From NCBI GenBank assembly GCA_905178155.1, contig CAJINV010000003.1, positions 10,984,388-11,048,387 of the forward strand: a DNA stretch of 64,000 bases, in the 5' to 3' direction. The stretch is from Amoebophrya sp. A120. Lineage: Eukaryota > Protista > Dinoflagellata. The notes beneath the pieces were generated by a model. That model searched no databases, was not told where the DNA came from, and saw only the letters and a program-made list of their open reading frames with translations. Position numbers and translations under genes: made by a program. Shown one piece after another: positions 10,958 to 20,554 of this stretch (the first letter of the stretch is position 1; every line of letters starts with the position of its first letter).

Positions 10958-13900
10958 CTATTCAAGGAGACGAGGAAGAACGACTCAAACAAGAAGGAGG
11001 GGCACACGGGAGCCAACAAAAAGACGAGAAGTAGAGGCGGAGATGAGAGATGCAACTTTCTACACTTGAATATCAATTCGCTACAGACGAAGGGCAGATT
11101 CCTGCGGGAGTACCTCCGGGATCAACGCGCCGGTGCGGTGCTGCTTACCGAGGTGAGAATGGGGCTGCCTGAGCTACAGCGGCTGGTTGCGAGGTCCCTC
11201 CCTGAATACCGCCTGGTGTCGAGCTCGCAGAGGGCGGGCGACGAAGCAGACAAGGGGGGGGGATGCGCGATACTCATCCGCATGGGGCTTGGCGCAGATG
11301 TTCGCCCCCTCCCGGACGAGATCTTGGCCCAGGCACGAAAGCCCCCCGGAGGCAAACGACCTGCCGTGGAGGTATGTGGATGCCAGTTTTGGAACGCAGG
11401 AAGGGTTGTTCTGGAGGTGTTGTGCGTTTATGTGCCACCCAGGTCCCGCCCGACGTATACGCAGCTCAAGCAACTTACCGCCACAGACCACCGCGGCCCG
11501 GCACCGGCCTCGCGACTTTTGATGGGGGACTTCAACGTGGGCACATGGAGGAAGGGGTTCTCCGACTGGATAGCAAAAGACGATCTGTGGAACCTCCTCC
11601 ACCCGGACGAGGTTACCTTCCCGCTCGCCAAAACGCAGCCTGATAAAATTCTCTTCGCACCGGGAGAAGAGCTTCCGGAGAATCTTACTGAGCTGTTTCT
11701 GGAGGAAGGACTCGCGGAAGCGCCTGAGGAAGGGGCGCGGTACCCGGGGAGGGCCATCGATTCAGATGGCCTCTCAAATCATGCAGCGATTGAGATCCCG
11801 ATTTGTAGCAAAATCTTCGCGGACAGGGCGGTGCCCGAGAACGCGCACTGGGAGCGGGAACATTTCGGGGAGAAATTTTTCCTGAAAAAGATGGGGAAAG
11901 AAGACTGGGCCCGAGTCAATGAAGAAATCGCTGCAAAACTGGCTGCCAGACAGGCGGAGTGGGACGAAGCAAAGAAGAACAGGCAGGGGGACAGACTCTG
12001 GAGCATCCTTCTCCAAGAACTCCAGACGGCGTTCCGCGCGTACCGGGCCCCCCTCAGTGGCAGGCTCGCGCACCCGGACACAGAAAAAACTTTTGCCGAG
12101 CACAACGTCTGGCATCCGGATATCAAGCGGTGGGAGGAACTCCGAAAGACGAACAGCCAGGCAGCACGGGTACTGCGCCGGCAGATTGAGGGGGACGCCT
12201 GGAGGCGGTATATCGCGGACCATAAGGTGACGACGTCGTCGCTATGGCGGTACCTTGCAAGAGAAGAGGGCAGAAGGCCCCGGCGCAAACGCCCGCCGGA
12301 GGAGCCGCTCAAGCTGTTCGGGTCCAGCTTTGTGACAGACCGAGAAAAAGCCCAAGCTTGGGCGACTTGGTTTAATCGCAAGTACTTAGGGGATGACGAA
12401 AAAAGTGCCGAAAACGGGGTGGAGACAAAACCGACGAAAAGGGCGGACATAGCGCCCGAGCTAACTCCAGAGGTGCGCAACTGGCTCCGTGAAGAGGAGC
12501 CGCCAGACCCGGTCACAACGGGGGAAGTGCAGCGCGCGCTAAAGGTGGCAAAGCGTAACAAAACGCCGGGGGAGGACGGGGTGACCAACGAGATGCTGCT
12601 GTTCTCCCCGGCTACACACGCTCCCCTGGCTGACCTCTTCTCGGTCATTCTCAGCGGAGCCAAGATCCCACCAATGCTGTGCCGCGCGATGGTCATCCTG
12701 CTCGAGAAGCCCGGCAAGGATGGGTCCAAGGCCACCGGGTATCGGCCGATATCGCTTCTGCCTGTGGCGGTCAAAACCCTTGAGAGGGTGGTTCTCTGGC
12801 GAATGCAGAAAACCATGCGCACGCAAGATGCGGCAGGGGAGGAGCTTTTCTCAAAGAGCCAACACGCCTTCCGGCCGCATGTGGGATGCGACCAGCAAAT
12901 CGCCGAGATCCTCCACTGGACCTCCACCCGGCTGGCAAGGGGCAAGCATGTCGGGTGGATTAGTACCGACATAACAGGCGCCTACGATAGCGCTCGGGCC
13001 GGGAAGCTTCTGGAAGAATGCAGGGCCATGGGCGTCACACCGGGGTGCGGCCGTTTCATCCATGCATGGATGATTCACAGACATTTCCGGGTCCGCTTCG
13101 GGGAGGACGTGTCCACATACCGGGAATGTGTCTCAGGTCTTCCCCAGGGGGGGATCGCATCCCCCTCCTTGTGGAACATCCTGATTGACCGTCTCCCGAA
13201 AAGGTTGAGGGAGAGGAACCTGGGACGAAATACAGAGGCAGAAGTCCACTTTTATGCCGACGACGGCGTGCTAATGGTCGCGGCGGACAGCAGGGGCCAA
13301 CTCGCCAAAGCGCTGCGAAGACTAGCGGCCGCGCTCCGGGAGGAGCTCCGCACCCTCGGGCTGAACCTGGACGCCGAGAAAACAAAATGCCTGATTTTCG
13401 ATGGCACCCTGGTGGGCAAGGAAATGCAGCACAGAGAAACGCGCCGCAAAGAGTTCGCACAAGCGCCGACACCCTCCGGGGCCAGCTGCGTCGACCTTCC
13501 GTGGGAGGCGGCGCCGCTCGACGGCCTTCCGTTCGAACAGGTTTCGGTCCACAGGGTGTTGGGGGTCCAGGTCGACCATCTTCTGCATTTTGGACCGCAC
13601 GTCAAAGCAGTTACAGAGAAGGTGCGACGGAGGTTGCCCATCCTAAAGCGCCTCTCCAGCTACTCGTGGGGACTCGAGCCGTACGTCTTCACACAGACCA
13701 TCCGTGCCCTCATCACCCAGTCGGTGACATGGGGCGTGGCGGGGTGGGGAACGTATGCCCCCGCGCCAGTCCTCAAACGGCTGAACACCGATGCGCTAAA
13801 CATTGCGCAACGCCTCGCGATCGGAGGGGTCCGAACAATGCGGCTGGAGGCGCTGCGGATGCTCTCCCTCTCGACCTCCATCCAAAACGCGTACACGCGA

Positions 13901-15358
13901 GGGGTCGCGTCCCTCATCGATGCGAGCCTCCGGGGCCCCGAAACACACCTCAGAAACACCCTGGCAGCGCGGCTAAGTAGACCTGGGCGGGCCACGGGAA
14001 GCGCCGGGGGGGGAAAGTGGGTGGAAGCCGCGTCCCCGCTGCAGATCCCACTCGCCAAGCTGGAAGGGGCCGAGGAAAACCAAATCCTTTCCGCAATGGG
14101 GGGCGATACAACCTTCGCAGGGTGCTACTACCACAAAGAGGGGGCGGGCACAGGCTTGAGACCAGCCGCGGACACAAGTGCGCCGCCATGCTTCAACTCG
14201 TACGCCCCCGAACTCGGGGACGAATTTGGAAAGTTCAGCGAGGCGGGCTGGATATCCCATGGGGTTCGGCTGCTGCGCAAAACAGGGTGGTGCTACGACG
14301 CAGTGGCACCATTCCGGGCTGTGCCAATGATCGACGCGGATAACATAGAATTCGAAACCCGTGACCCGGACCCGGTCGAAATTGGGAACCGGGGGCGGAA
14401 GCACGTGGCGGCGGGGGGAGTGCTACTGGCCACAGACGGAAGTTTTTCGGGGAAGACCAAGAGAGGGGCTGCGGCAACAGTGGCGGCAACATTGGGGCGA
14501 ACAAAATGTTGCGCCTACAGAAGGGCAAAAACCAGCAGCGCCTACGCTATGGAGCGTCTGGGACTCGAGCGCGGCCTCACAGAACTCCTATGGGGCACGC
14601 ATTGGGAGGACAAACGCAACAAGCAAACGGAGGTCCTAGTGCTGGTGGACAGCCTGAGCCTCGTGGAGCGACTTGCGAAACTGCTAGGCACGACGCTGGA
14701 TGGCGCCGACCAGGACGTCAGGCTTGCGGAACTGTTGGGCCAAGTGGCGGCCCGGTATAAAAGTGTGCGGCTGGTATTTGTACCGGCGCACTGCGGCAAC
14801 GACGCCAACGAATTGGCGGACACCATATGCACGCACGCGTGCGAAGGCGTGCCGACGCCACAGGAGGTTCGGGAAATGGATCCGCCCTGCCACGAAGAAA
14901 TCAAGGCCGCGCTGGTCGCACAACTGGAGGAGGAGGAGGCGGAGGCAATGCGCCGACTGGCGGAGGAGGGCTCGAGATCCGGCGAAATATTCAAGGACCT
15001 CCAGCTGACCCGAGCAAAGATCAGGGATATTTACCGAGCGGCTCGCGGGGAGGGGCGATGGCTCCAAAAGACGCTCGGGGACGTTGCCGGGGCAACAAGG
15101 TTCAAGAAAATTACAGAAGAAGGACTACGCGTGACAAACTGCCCCCGGTGCAAAGACACAATGGACTCATGGCAACACATCAGGCTATGTCACGAGTATC
15201 GCCACCTGGGTGGGCTCCAATCGGCGGACGTGATCCTGGATTTTCTCCGGACGGTCCGGGACGCGGAGTTTCCGGTCTCCGAACAAGGCTCCACTACCGA
15301 GGAAGAGGAAGAAGGACAAGATGAAGCCCAGTCGACTGGGGTCGACCCACAGTCATGA
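10958..15358 (+). CDS. Retrotransposon ORF2: AP endonuclease, reverse transcriptase, RNase H, C-terminal CCHC finger
   Basis: APE motifs HLNINSL, LLTE, VYVPP, GDFN, SNH; RT motifs KTPGEDG, YRPISLL, QHAFR, DITGAYD, GLPQGGIASPSLWN, YADD (13253); RNase H TDGS..E..VDS..VPAHCGNDANELAD; CPRC-x8-H-x3-C. The frame is open from 10958 and the first ATG is only at 11159. Confidence 0.95.
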   Translation, partial: LFKETRKNDSNKKEGHTGANKKTRSRGGDERCNFLHLNINSLQTKGRFLREYLRDQRAGAVLLTEVRMGLPELQRLVARSLPEYRLVSSSQRAGDEADKGGGCAILIRMGLGADVRPLPDEILAQARKPPGGKRPAVEVCGCQFWNAGRVVLEVLCVYVPPRSRPTYTQLKQLTATDHRGPAPASRLLMGDFNVGTWRKGFSDWIAKDDLWNLLHPDEVTFPLAKTQPDKILFAPGEELPENLTELFLEEGLAEAPEEGARYPGRAIDSDGLSNHAAIEIPICSKIFADRAVPENAHWEREHFGEKFFLKKMGKEDWARVNEEIAAKLAARQAEWDEAKKNRQGDRLWSILLQELQTAFRAYRAPLSGRLAHPDTEKTFAEHNVWHPDIKRWEELRKTNSQAARVLRRQIEGDAWRRYIADHKVTTSSLWRYLAREEGRRPRRKRPPEEPLKLFGSSFVTDREKAQAWATWFNRKYLGDDEKSAENGVETKPTKRADIAPELTPEVRNWLREEEPPDPVTTGEVQRALKVAKRNKTPGEDGVTNEMLLFSPATHAPLADLFSVILSGAKIPPMLCRAMVILLEKPGKDGSKATGYRPISLLPVAVKTLERVVLWRMQKTMRTQDAAGEELFSKSQHAFRPHVGCDQQIAEILHWTSTRLARGKHVGWISTDITGAYDSARAGKLLEECRAMGVTPGCGRFIHAWMIHRHFRVRFGEDVSTYRECVSGLPQGGIASPSLWNILIDRLPKRLRERNLGRNTEAEVHFYADDGVLMVAADSRGQLAKALRRLAAALREELRTLGLNLDAEKTKCLIFDGTLVGKEMQHRETRRKEFAQAPTPSGASCVDLPWEAAPLDGLPFEQVSVHRVLGVQVDHLLHFGPHVKAVTEKVRRRLPILKRLSSYSWGLEPYVFTQTIRALITQSVTWGVAGWGTYAPAPVLKRLNTDALNIAQRLAIGGVRTMRLEALRMLSLSTSIQNAYTRGVASLIDASLRGPETHLRNTLAARLSRPGRATGSAGGGKWVEAASPLQIPLAKLEGAEENQILSAMGGDTTFAGCYYHKEGAGTGLRPAADTSAPPCFNSYAPELGDEFGKFSEAGWISHGVRLLRKTGWCYDAVAPFRAVPMIDADNIEFETRDPDPVEIGNRGRKHVAAGGVLLATDGSFSGKTKRGAAATVAATLGRTKCCAYRRAKTSSAYAMERLGLERGLTELLWGTHWEDKRNKQTEVLVLVDSLSLVERLAKLLGTTLDGADQDVRLAELLGQVAARYKSVRLVFVPAHCGNDANELADTICTHACEGVPTPQEVREMDPPCHEEIKAALVAQLEEEEAEAMRRLAEEGSRSGEIFKDLQLTRAKIRDIYRAARGEGRWLQKTLGDVAGATRFKKITEEGLRVTNCPRCKDTMDSWQHIRLCHEYRHLGGLQSADVILDFLRTVRDAEFPVSEQGSTTEEEEEGQDEAQSTGVDPQS

Positions 15359-16071
15359 GCACGGAGAGAAAAATAAATGTTGCGGTTGGGTGAAGTAAAA
15401 TTAATGATGTCAGGCACGACAAAAACAGATGTCATACTGGCCGCCATATCAAGGTGTATGGAAATTTGCAATTGCCGCGCCCACCCATAGGCCGGCCAGG
15501 GCGGTCCCAGCCACAGGACTGCTCTGAAAAACCTATATCTCAGTTTTTGTTGCACTGGTCCGAGAAAAGAGTTCGTGAGTCCCTGGAGAGAAACTTGTCT
15601 CCAAAGTTTGTCGGCTGTCTCGTGTTCGAGAGGATGATGCGCAGGCGTCCAACAAGCGCGTGAGAGCGACCAAATGATCACCATCGCGGTTACACACTAT
15701 GATCCGATGCTGTGCGTTCTCGATCCTGCGATCGCGTTGATGTCTTGTGCTGTGTCAAAAATCTCTCGTCCCGCGGACGAAAACCGCATGCAGCAGCCGC
15801 AAACTGAACATGGGTCACGACAAATGCGCCTCGTCATGGGCGTTGGGGGCCGCCCGCAAGGAGCGGGTGTCCTCGGGAAGCACCTGCGCATGCACGCCCA
15901 GGAACCCACGACGGTAGGATAGGATACGGCACTGCTGTGTCGTCCTGCACCCCCCCCGCGTATGCAGGTCCCAAGCCCGGTGATCCTGGGGCGGAAACCG
16001 GGGAAATGCCTAGGGGAACTTGGTCTGGCAGCAATCACACTGTAACACCATAAACCTAGAGTAGTAGTAGT

Positions 16072-17373
16072 TTTAGCCTTTAGCCTTTAGCCTTTAGCCT
16101 TTAGCCTTTAGCCTTTAGCCTTTAGCCTTTAGCCTTTAGCCTTTAGCCTTTAGCCTTTAGCCTTTAGCCTTTAGCCTTTAGCCTTTAGCCTTTAGCCTTT
16201 AGCCTTTAGCCTTTAGCCTTTAGCCTTTAGCCTTTAGCCTTTAGCCTTTAGCCTTTAGCCTTTAGCCTTTAGCCTTTAGCCTTTAGCCTTTAGCCTTTAG
16301 CCTTTAGCCTTTAGCCTTTAGCCTTTAGCCTTTAGCCTTTAGCCTTTAGCCTTTAGCCTTTAGCCTTTAGCCTTTAGCCTTTAGCCTTTAGCCTTTAGCC
16401 TTTAGCCTTTAGCCTTTAGCCTTTAGCCTTTAGCCTTTAGCCTTTAGCCTTTAGCCTTTAGCCTTTAGCCTTTAGCCTTTAGCCTTTAGCCTTTAGCCTT
16501 TAGCCTTTAGCCTTTAGCCTTTAGCCTTTAGCCTTTAGCCTTTAGCCTTTAGCCTTTAGCCTTTAGCCTTTAGCCTTTAGCCTTTAGCCTTTAGCCTTTA
16601 GCCTTTAGCCTTTAGCCTTTAGCCTTTAGCCTTTAGCCTTTAGCCTTTAGCCTTTAGCCTTTAGCCTTTAGCCTTTAGCCTTTAGCCTTTAGCCTTTAGC
16701 CTTTAGCCTTTAGCCTTTAGCCTTTAGCCTTTAGCCTTTAGCCTTTAGCCTTTAGCCTTTAGCCTTTAGCCTTTAGCCTTTAGCCTTTAGCCTTTAGCCT
16801 TTAGCCTTTAGCCTTTAGCCTTTAGCCTTTAGCCTTTAGCCTTTAGCCTTTAGCCTTTAGCCTTTAGCCTTTAGCCTTTAGCCTTTAGCCTTTAGCCTTT
16901 AGCCTTTAGCCTTTAGCCTTTAGCCTTTAGCCTTTAGCCTTTAGCCTTTAGCCTTTAGCCTTTAGCCTTTAGCCTTTAGCCTTTAGCCTTTAGCCTTTAG
17001 CCTTTAGCCTTTAGCCTTTAGCCTTTAGCCTTTAGCCTTTAGCCTTTAGCCTTTAGCCTTTAGCCTTTAGCCTTTAGCCTTTAGCCTTTAGCCTTTAGCC
17101 TTTAGCCTTTAGCCTTTAGCCTTTAGCCTTTAGCCTTTAGCCTTTAGCCTTTAGCCTTTAGCCTTTAGCCTTTAGCCTTTAGCCTTTAGCCTTTAGCCTT
17201 TAGCCTTTAGCCTTTAGCCTTTAGCCTTTAGCCTTTAGCCTTTAGCCTTTAGCCTTTGGCCTTTAGCCTTTAGCCTTTGGCCTTTGGCCTTTGGCCTTTG
17301 GCCTTTGGCCTTTGGCCTTTGGCCTTTGGCCTTTGGCCTTTGGCCTTTGGCCTTTGGCCTTTGGCCTTTCGCC
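16072..17373. repeat. Heptamer satellite: (TTTAGCC)169, a short mixed zone, then (TTTGGCC)13
   Basis: Perfect in-phase TTTAGCC 16072-17254; TTTGGCC 17276-17366; then decays into T-rich degenerate heptamers. Confidence 0.97.
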
Positions 17374-18130
17374 TGCTTTTTTACTTTTTGCCTTTAGCTT
17401 TTGTTTTTTGTTTTTACTTTTTGGCTTTAAGTTGCGGAATAATACTAGTTTGGCCGTCACACTCTTACTCTTAGCAAGGGATAGACTATTCTGGAGGTTT
17501 GGTATAGAGAAGTGATGACCTACTTGAACATGAACAATGAAGAGAGAAGTAAAAAGCCGCGCTCTTCCGAACCAAGGATGCGCCACTTGGTCCTCGTCGC
17601 GATCTGGCATTAGGTTTTTGCAGATCAGCCACACATAATTTGTCTCTCATTTAGAAGAAAAGATCATCGGAAATTGATCATGCGTTTCGCCGCAGCTGCA
17701 GAGCTATGGCCCTTTCCGACTTCCTAAAAGTGGTCAGTGTGGTAAATGATAGAGGCGCGCAAATTTGAGGAAAAACGATCCAAACGGCACTGAAAAAAGT
17801 GGTTTTGCATCCTTTTTGTCTACAGTTGAGCCGTTCTTTTGATGAATTTCTTCTGAGACCCATTTGGTATGTATGCTTTTCAACAGCACCAGTGGAGCAT
17901 TTTTTTTTTCGGTTACTCTCGGGGGTTCATGGATTTGCAATCTTGACGTTGATCATCTCCTATAAAATGGTAGCTTGTTGCTCCTGCAAGTGAATGTAGA
18001 AGTAGAAGATCGCGATGTAAATGAAAATGCGATTACGAGTTGTAGTGTAAGTGAGAGCATTGCCAACTCAAAACGAATAGTGTTAGTGGCGCTTGAATAT
18101 TAAACTTCCAATAGTTATAAATTAATCAAA

Positions 18131-20554
18131 ATGTCTCAGTGGATTTTGATCGCGGGCGCTGCCCTGGTGGGTCTTTCCGCATGGCTGGCGTCGATCGGGT
18201 TTCAAGGCAGAAAACATGTCCTTGGCATAGACCTCGGAACGACGTTCTCTGTTGTCGCAGTGAAGCGTAACGGCACGGTGGAGGTTATCCCAAACCATGA
18301 AACAGGAAAACTTCTGACGCCCTCCGTGGTTTCCTACGTAAAAAACGCCATGACGGACCCAGAGCGAAAGTACATGAAATTCGACAAGGAATTCGCACAT
18401 TTTCTGGTGGGTGAGAAGGCTCTCGAGCGGCGTGCAGCAAGTCCAAGCGATACAATTTACCATGCAAAACGTATTTACTCAGAAGATACTCGGCTGCTGT
18501 CTTCTTTTTTATCTGTCTTTTTCTCGTATTCGAGTAGACACAGAAGAACTTATAAAAAAACCTTGTTACCCCAGACGAACTTGCAGCTGCACTGTTTCTC
18601 GTTGTTTTGATGATATTTTTTCATTTATTCAACGAACTACACCCCGGTTCTATTCATCAATCCTCTTCGTCTGAATCTTTACATAGGTTTCATCGGGAAA
18701 TCCGTGTTCGAGACGACTGCGGAAATCGCCGAGCATCCATTTCGAATAGGGAACCGAGATGTGAATAGCACCGAGCTTCTCCGATCGCTCGCAAAAGATT
18801 TGGGAGCACCTGGCGCCACACGTTCCGAGGACCAATTTTCCCAAACGGTCGAGGCACTCGCGGAGTGCGTCGAAGAAGCACGAACGAGTAGAACTACGAC
18901 TACCATTGCAGCTACAGGAGAAACCATGCAAAGTACAACTAGGGCAACTGCCGATGATGTCGCGGCCACAGCGCACGACTCGCAGGACGGCGCTTTTGCG
19001 TTCTTGGACGAAGATGACTCCACCATTAAGAATGCAGGCGCGCTAGCGGCTTGTTTGAAGGCAAAGCGAAAAACTCCGATGCCAGCAGCGGTTGAGGAAG
19101 ATTCTACGTACCAGGCTGTGCGGGAAGTCGTATTCAATCACACGCAGGCCGAGTTTCGAGTTCTGGACACAAAGTGGCGCACTCCGGTGGACATCGGCAC
19201 AGCAATTGTGAAAAAACTTCGGGACGTATGAGAGTGCACAACTGCAGCTCGGAGATTTCCCTCCTCCATCTCATAATTCGAACTACATGAGCAGCAACAG
19301 AAGATGAAACTGCGCAAATTTATATTGTGGCATCCACACGAGAAAAACGTCTGGTCCGCGCGGGAGGTTTGCGCACAACTATTGTTTGTTGAGGGTCCAC
19401 CCTTATTTGTCTGTGATGCGGGCAGTGCAGCTTAGAAATAAAAAACAAAATGATGCGAAATTGGTGCTTTACTTTCTCATGGAAAATGATGACAGCAGGA
19501 GCGGACGTCGTGCACTCTCATAGGACGCCGCAGAGACGTACCTTGGCCACGGTGTCGCGGACTGCGTCATCTGCGTACCTGCGAAGTTCGGGAAGCTGGA
19601 AATCCAAAAGACGCACGAGGTTTTTTCGAAAGCGGGTTTTCGGGTCGCGCGGATTATGGACGAGCCCACCGCTGCTGCGGTTGCGTATGGTAACTACGTA
19701 CGTAGCTCCTGCTGCATTCGTTCTGTATTTTTAACTAGCATTGACGCATTTGCATCCTCGCGCATGAGGAGGAGCAGGAGCGAGGGCTGTGGCTCTTGCT
19801 CATCGCCAATTTTCTTTTGCTCGCAAAAGCGAGATCTTAAAAAAATTAAAATTTATACAGAGGACATAAATTAAGAACAAGCAGGCCGCATGCAATTATT
19901 CACCTTGAAGATCATTTTGAAGCCTTTTGCTTCGTCGAGACGAACGATGAAAGTCATCAGCAGATGCAGATGAAGCAGGTTGTATATTGGATGCATCTTC
20001 ACTTCTTTCCCTCTACTTCTTCAGGTCTGCACAAGAGCGCAACGGGCAAAACAGTGATCGTGTACGACCTGGGTGGCGGCACGCTGGATGCGTCATTGTT
20101 GCACATTTCGACGAAGGCGGTCAACGTGCTGGGGACTTCGGGCGATGACCACCTCGGCGGCTCGGATTTCGACCATGCCATGCTGCACCTGTTGCAACAG
20201 AAGTGCGCGGCAACCGAGCACAGGGAAACGGCAAACCCGGAAACTGCCGAGAATCTAAAGAAGCAGTTCAGTAGCGAGCAGAGCGCGAGCATCTGCGGGA
20301 CGTCGGTCACGCGGACAGAATTTGAAGAGACCGCAAAGGAATTGTTCGCCCGAGCGCTGGCGCCGGTCGAGCAGGTGCTGTCGGACCAGATGATGAAGCC
20401 AAAGGACATCCACCACGTGGTCTTGGTCGGGGGGGCCAGCCGCATGCCGAGAATACGAGCGATGCTGGCCGATCTGTTCGGGCAGGAAAAACTCAACATG
20501 GATCTGGATCCCGATCTCACAGTCGCAATCGGCGCCGCAAACATCGATCAATAA
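18131..20554 (+). CDS. Hsp70-family protein with signal peptide and ATPase domain only (HSPA13/STCH-like)
   Basis: N-terminal hydrophobic segment; GIDLGTTFS, TPSVVSY, AKR|FIGK, VICVPAKF, DEPTAAAVAYG|L, YDLGGGTLD, HLGGSDFD, LVGGASRMP, DPDLTVAIGAA, then stop with no substrate-binding domain. Introns 18471-18686 and 19690-20024 (GT-AG) plus one TIR insert. Confidence 0.88.
19227..19522. mobile_element. Introner-like TIR insert (family C, TATGAGAGTGCAC) in the Hsp70 gene
   Basis: TATGAGAGTGCACAAC / GTCGTGCACTCTCATA; direct repeat GGACG. Excision gives KKLRD|AAETYLG, and a GA-AG register (19223-19523) is possible. Confidence 0.92.

Larger units (their letters stand above)
8382..16069 (+). mobile_element. 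Full-length non-LTR retrotransposon (APE-RT-RNase H type, I/Ingi-like group)
   Basis: 13-bp TSD GTTTTAGCCTTTA at 8369-8381 and 16070-16082; ~590-nt 5' UTR starting CCCT; two intact, intronless ORFs; ~710-nt 3' UTR ending in (GTA)3. Confidence 0.93.

Noticed and set aside
9143-15067. Long minus-strand ORFs within the retrotransposon (for example 11779-12972)
   Set aside because: They are antisense shadows of GC-rich coding sequence with no domain motifs.
15960-16030. Hammerhead ribozyme in the 3' UTR
   Set aside because: A CCGG..GAAACCGG stem is present but the CUGAUGA core is missing.
16072-17373. True telomere
   Set aside because: The array is internal with genes on both sides and lacks the GGG run of TTTAGGG; it is kept as a satellite.
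17263-17634. ORFs with KAKGQRP / AFGLWPL repeats
   Set aside because: These are translations of the TTTGGCC satellite.
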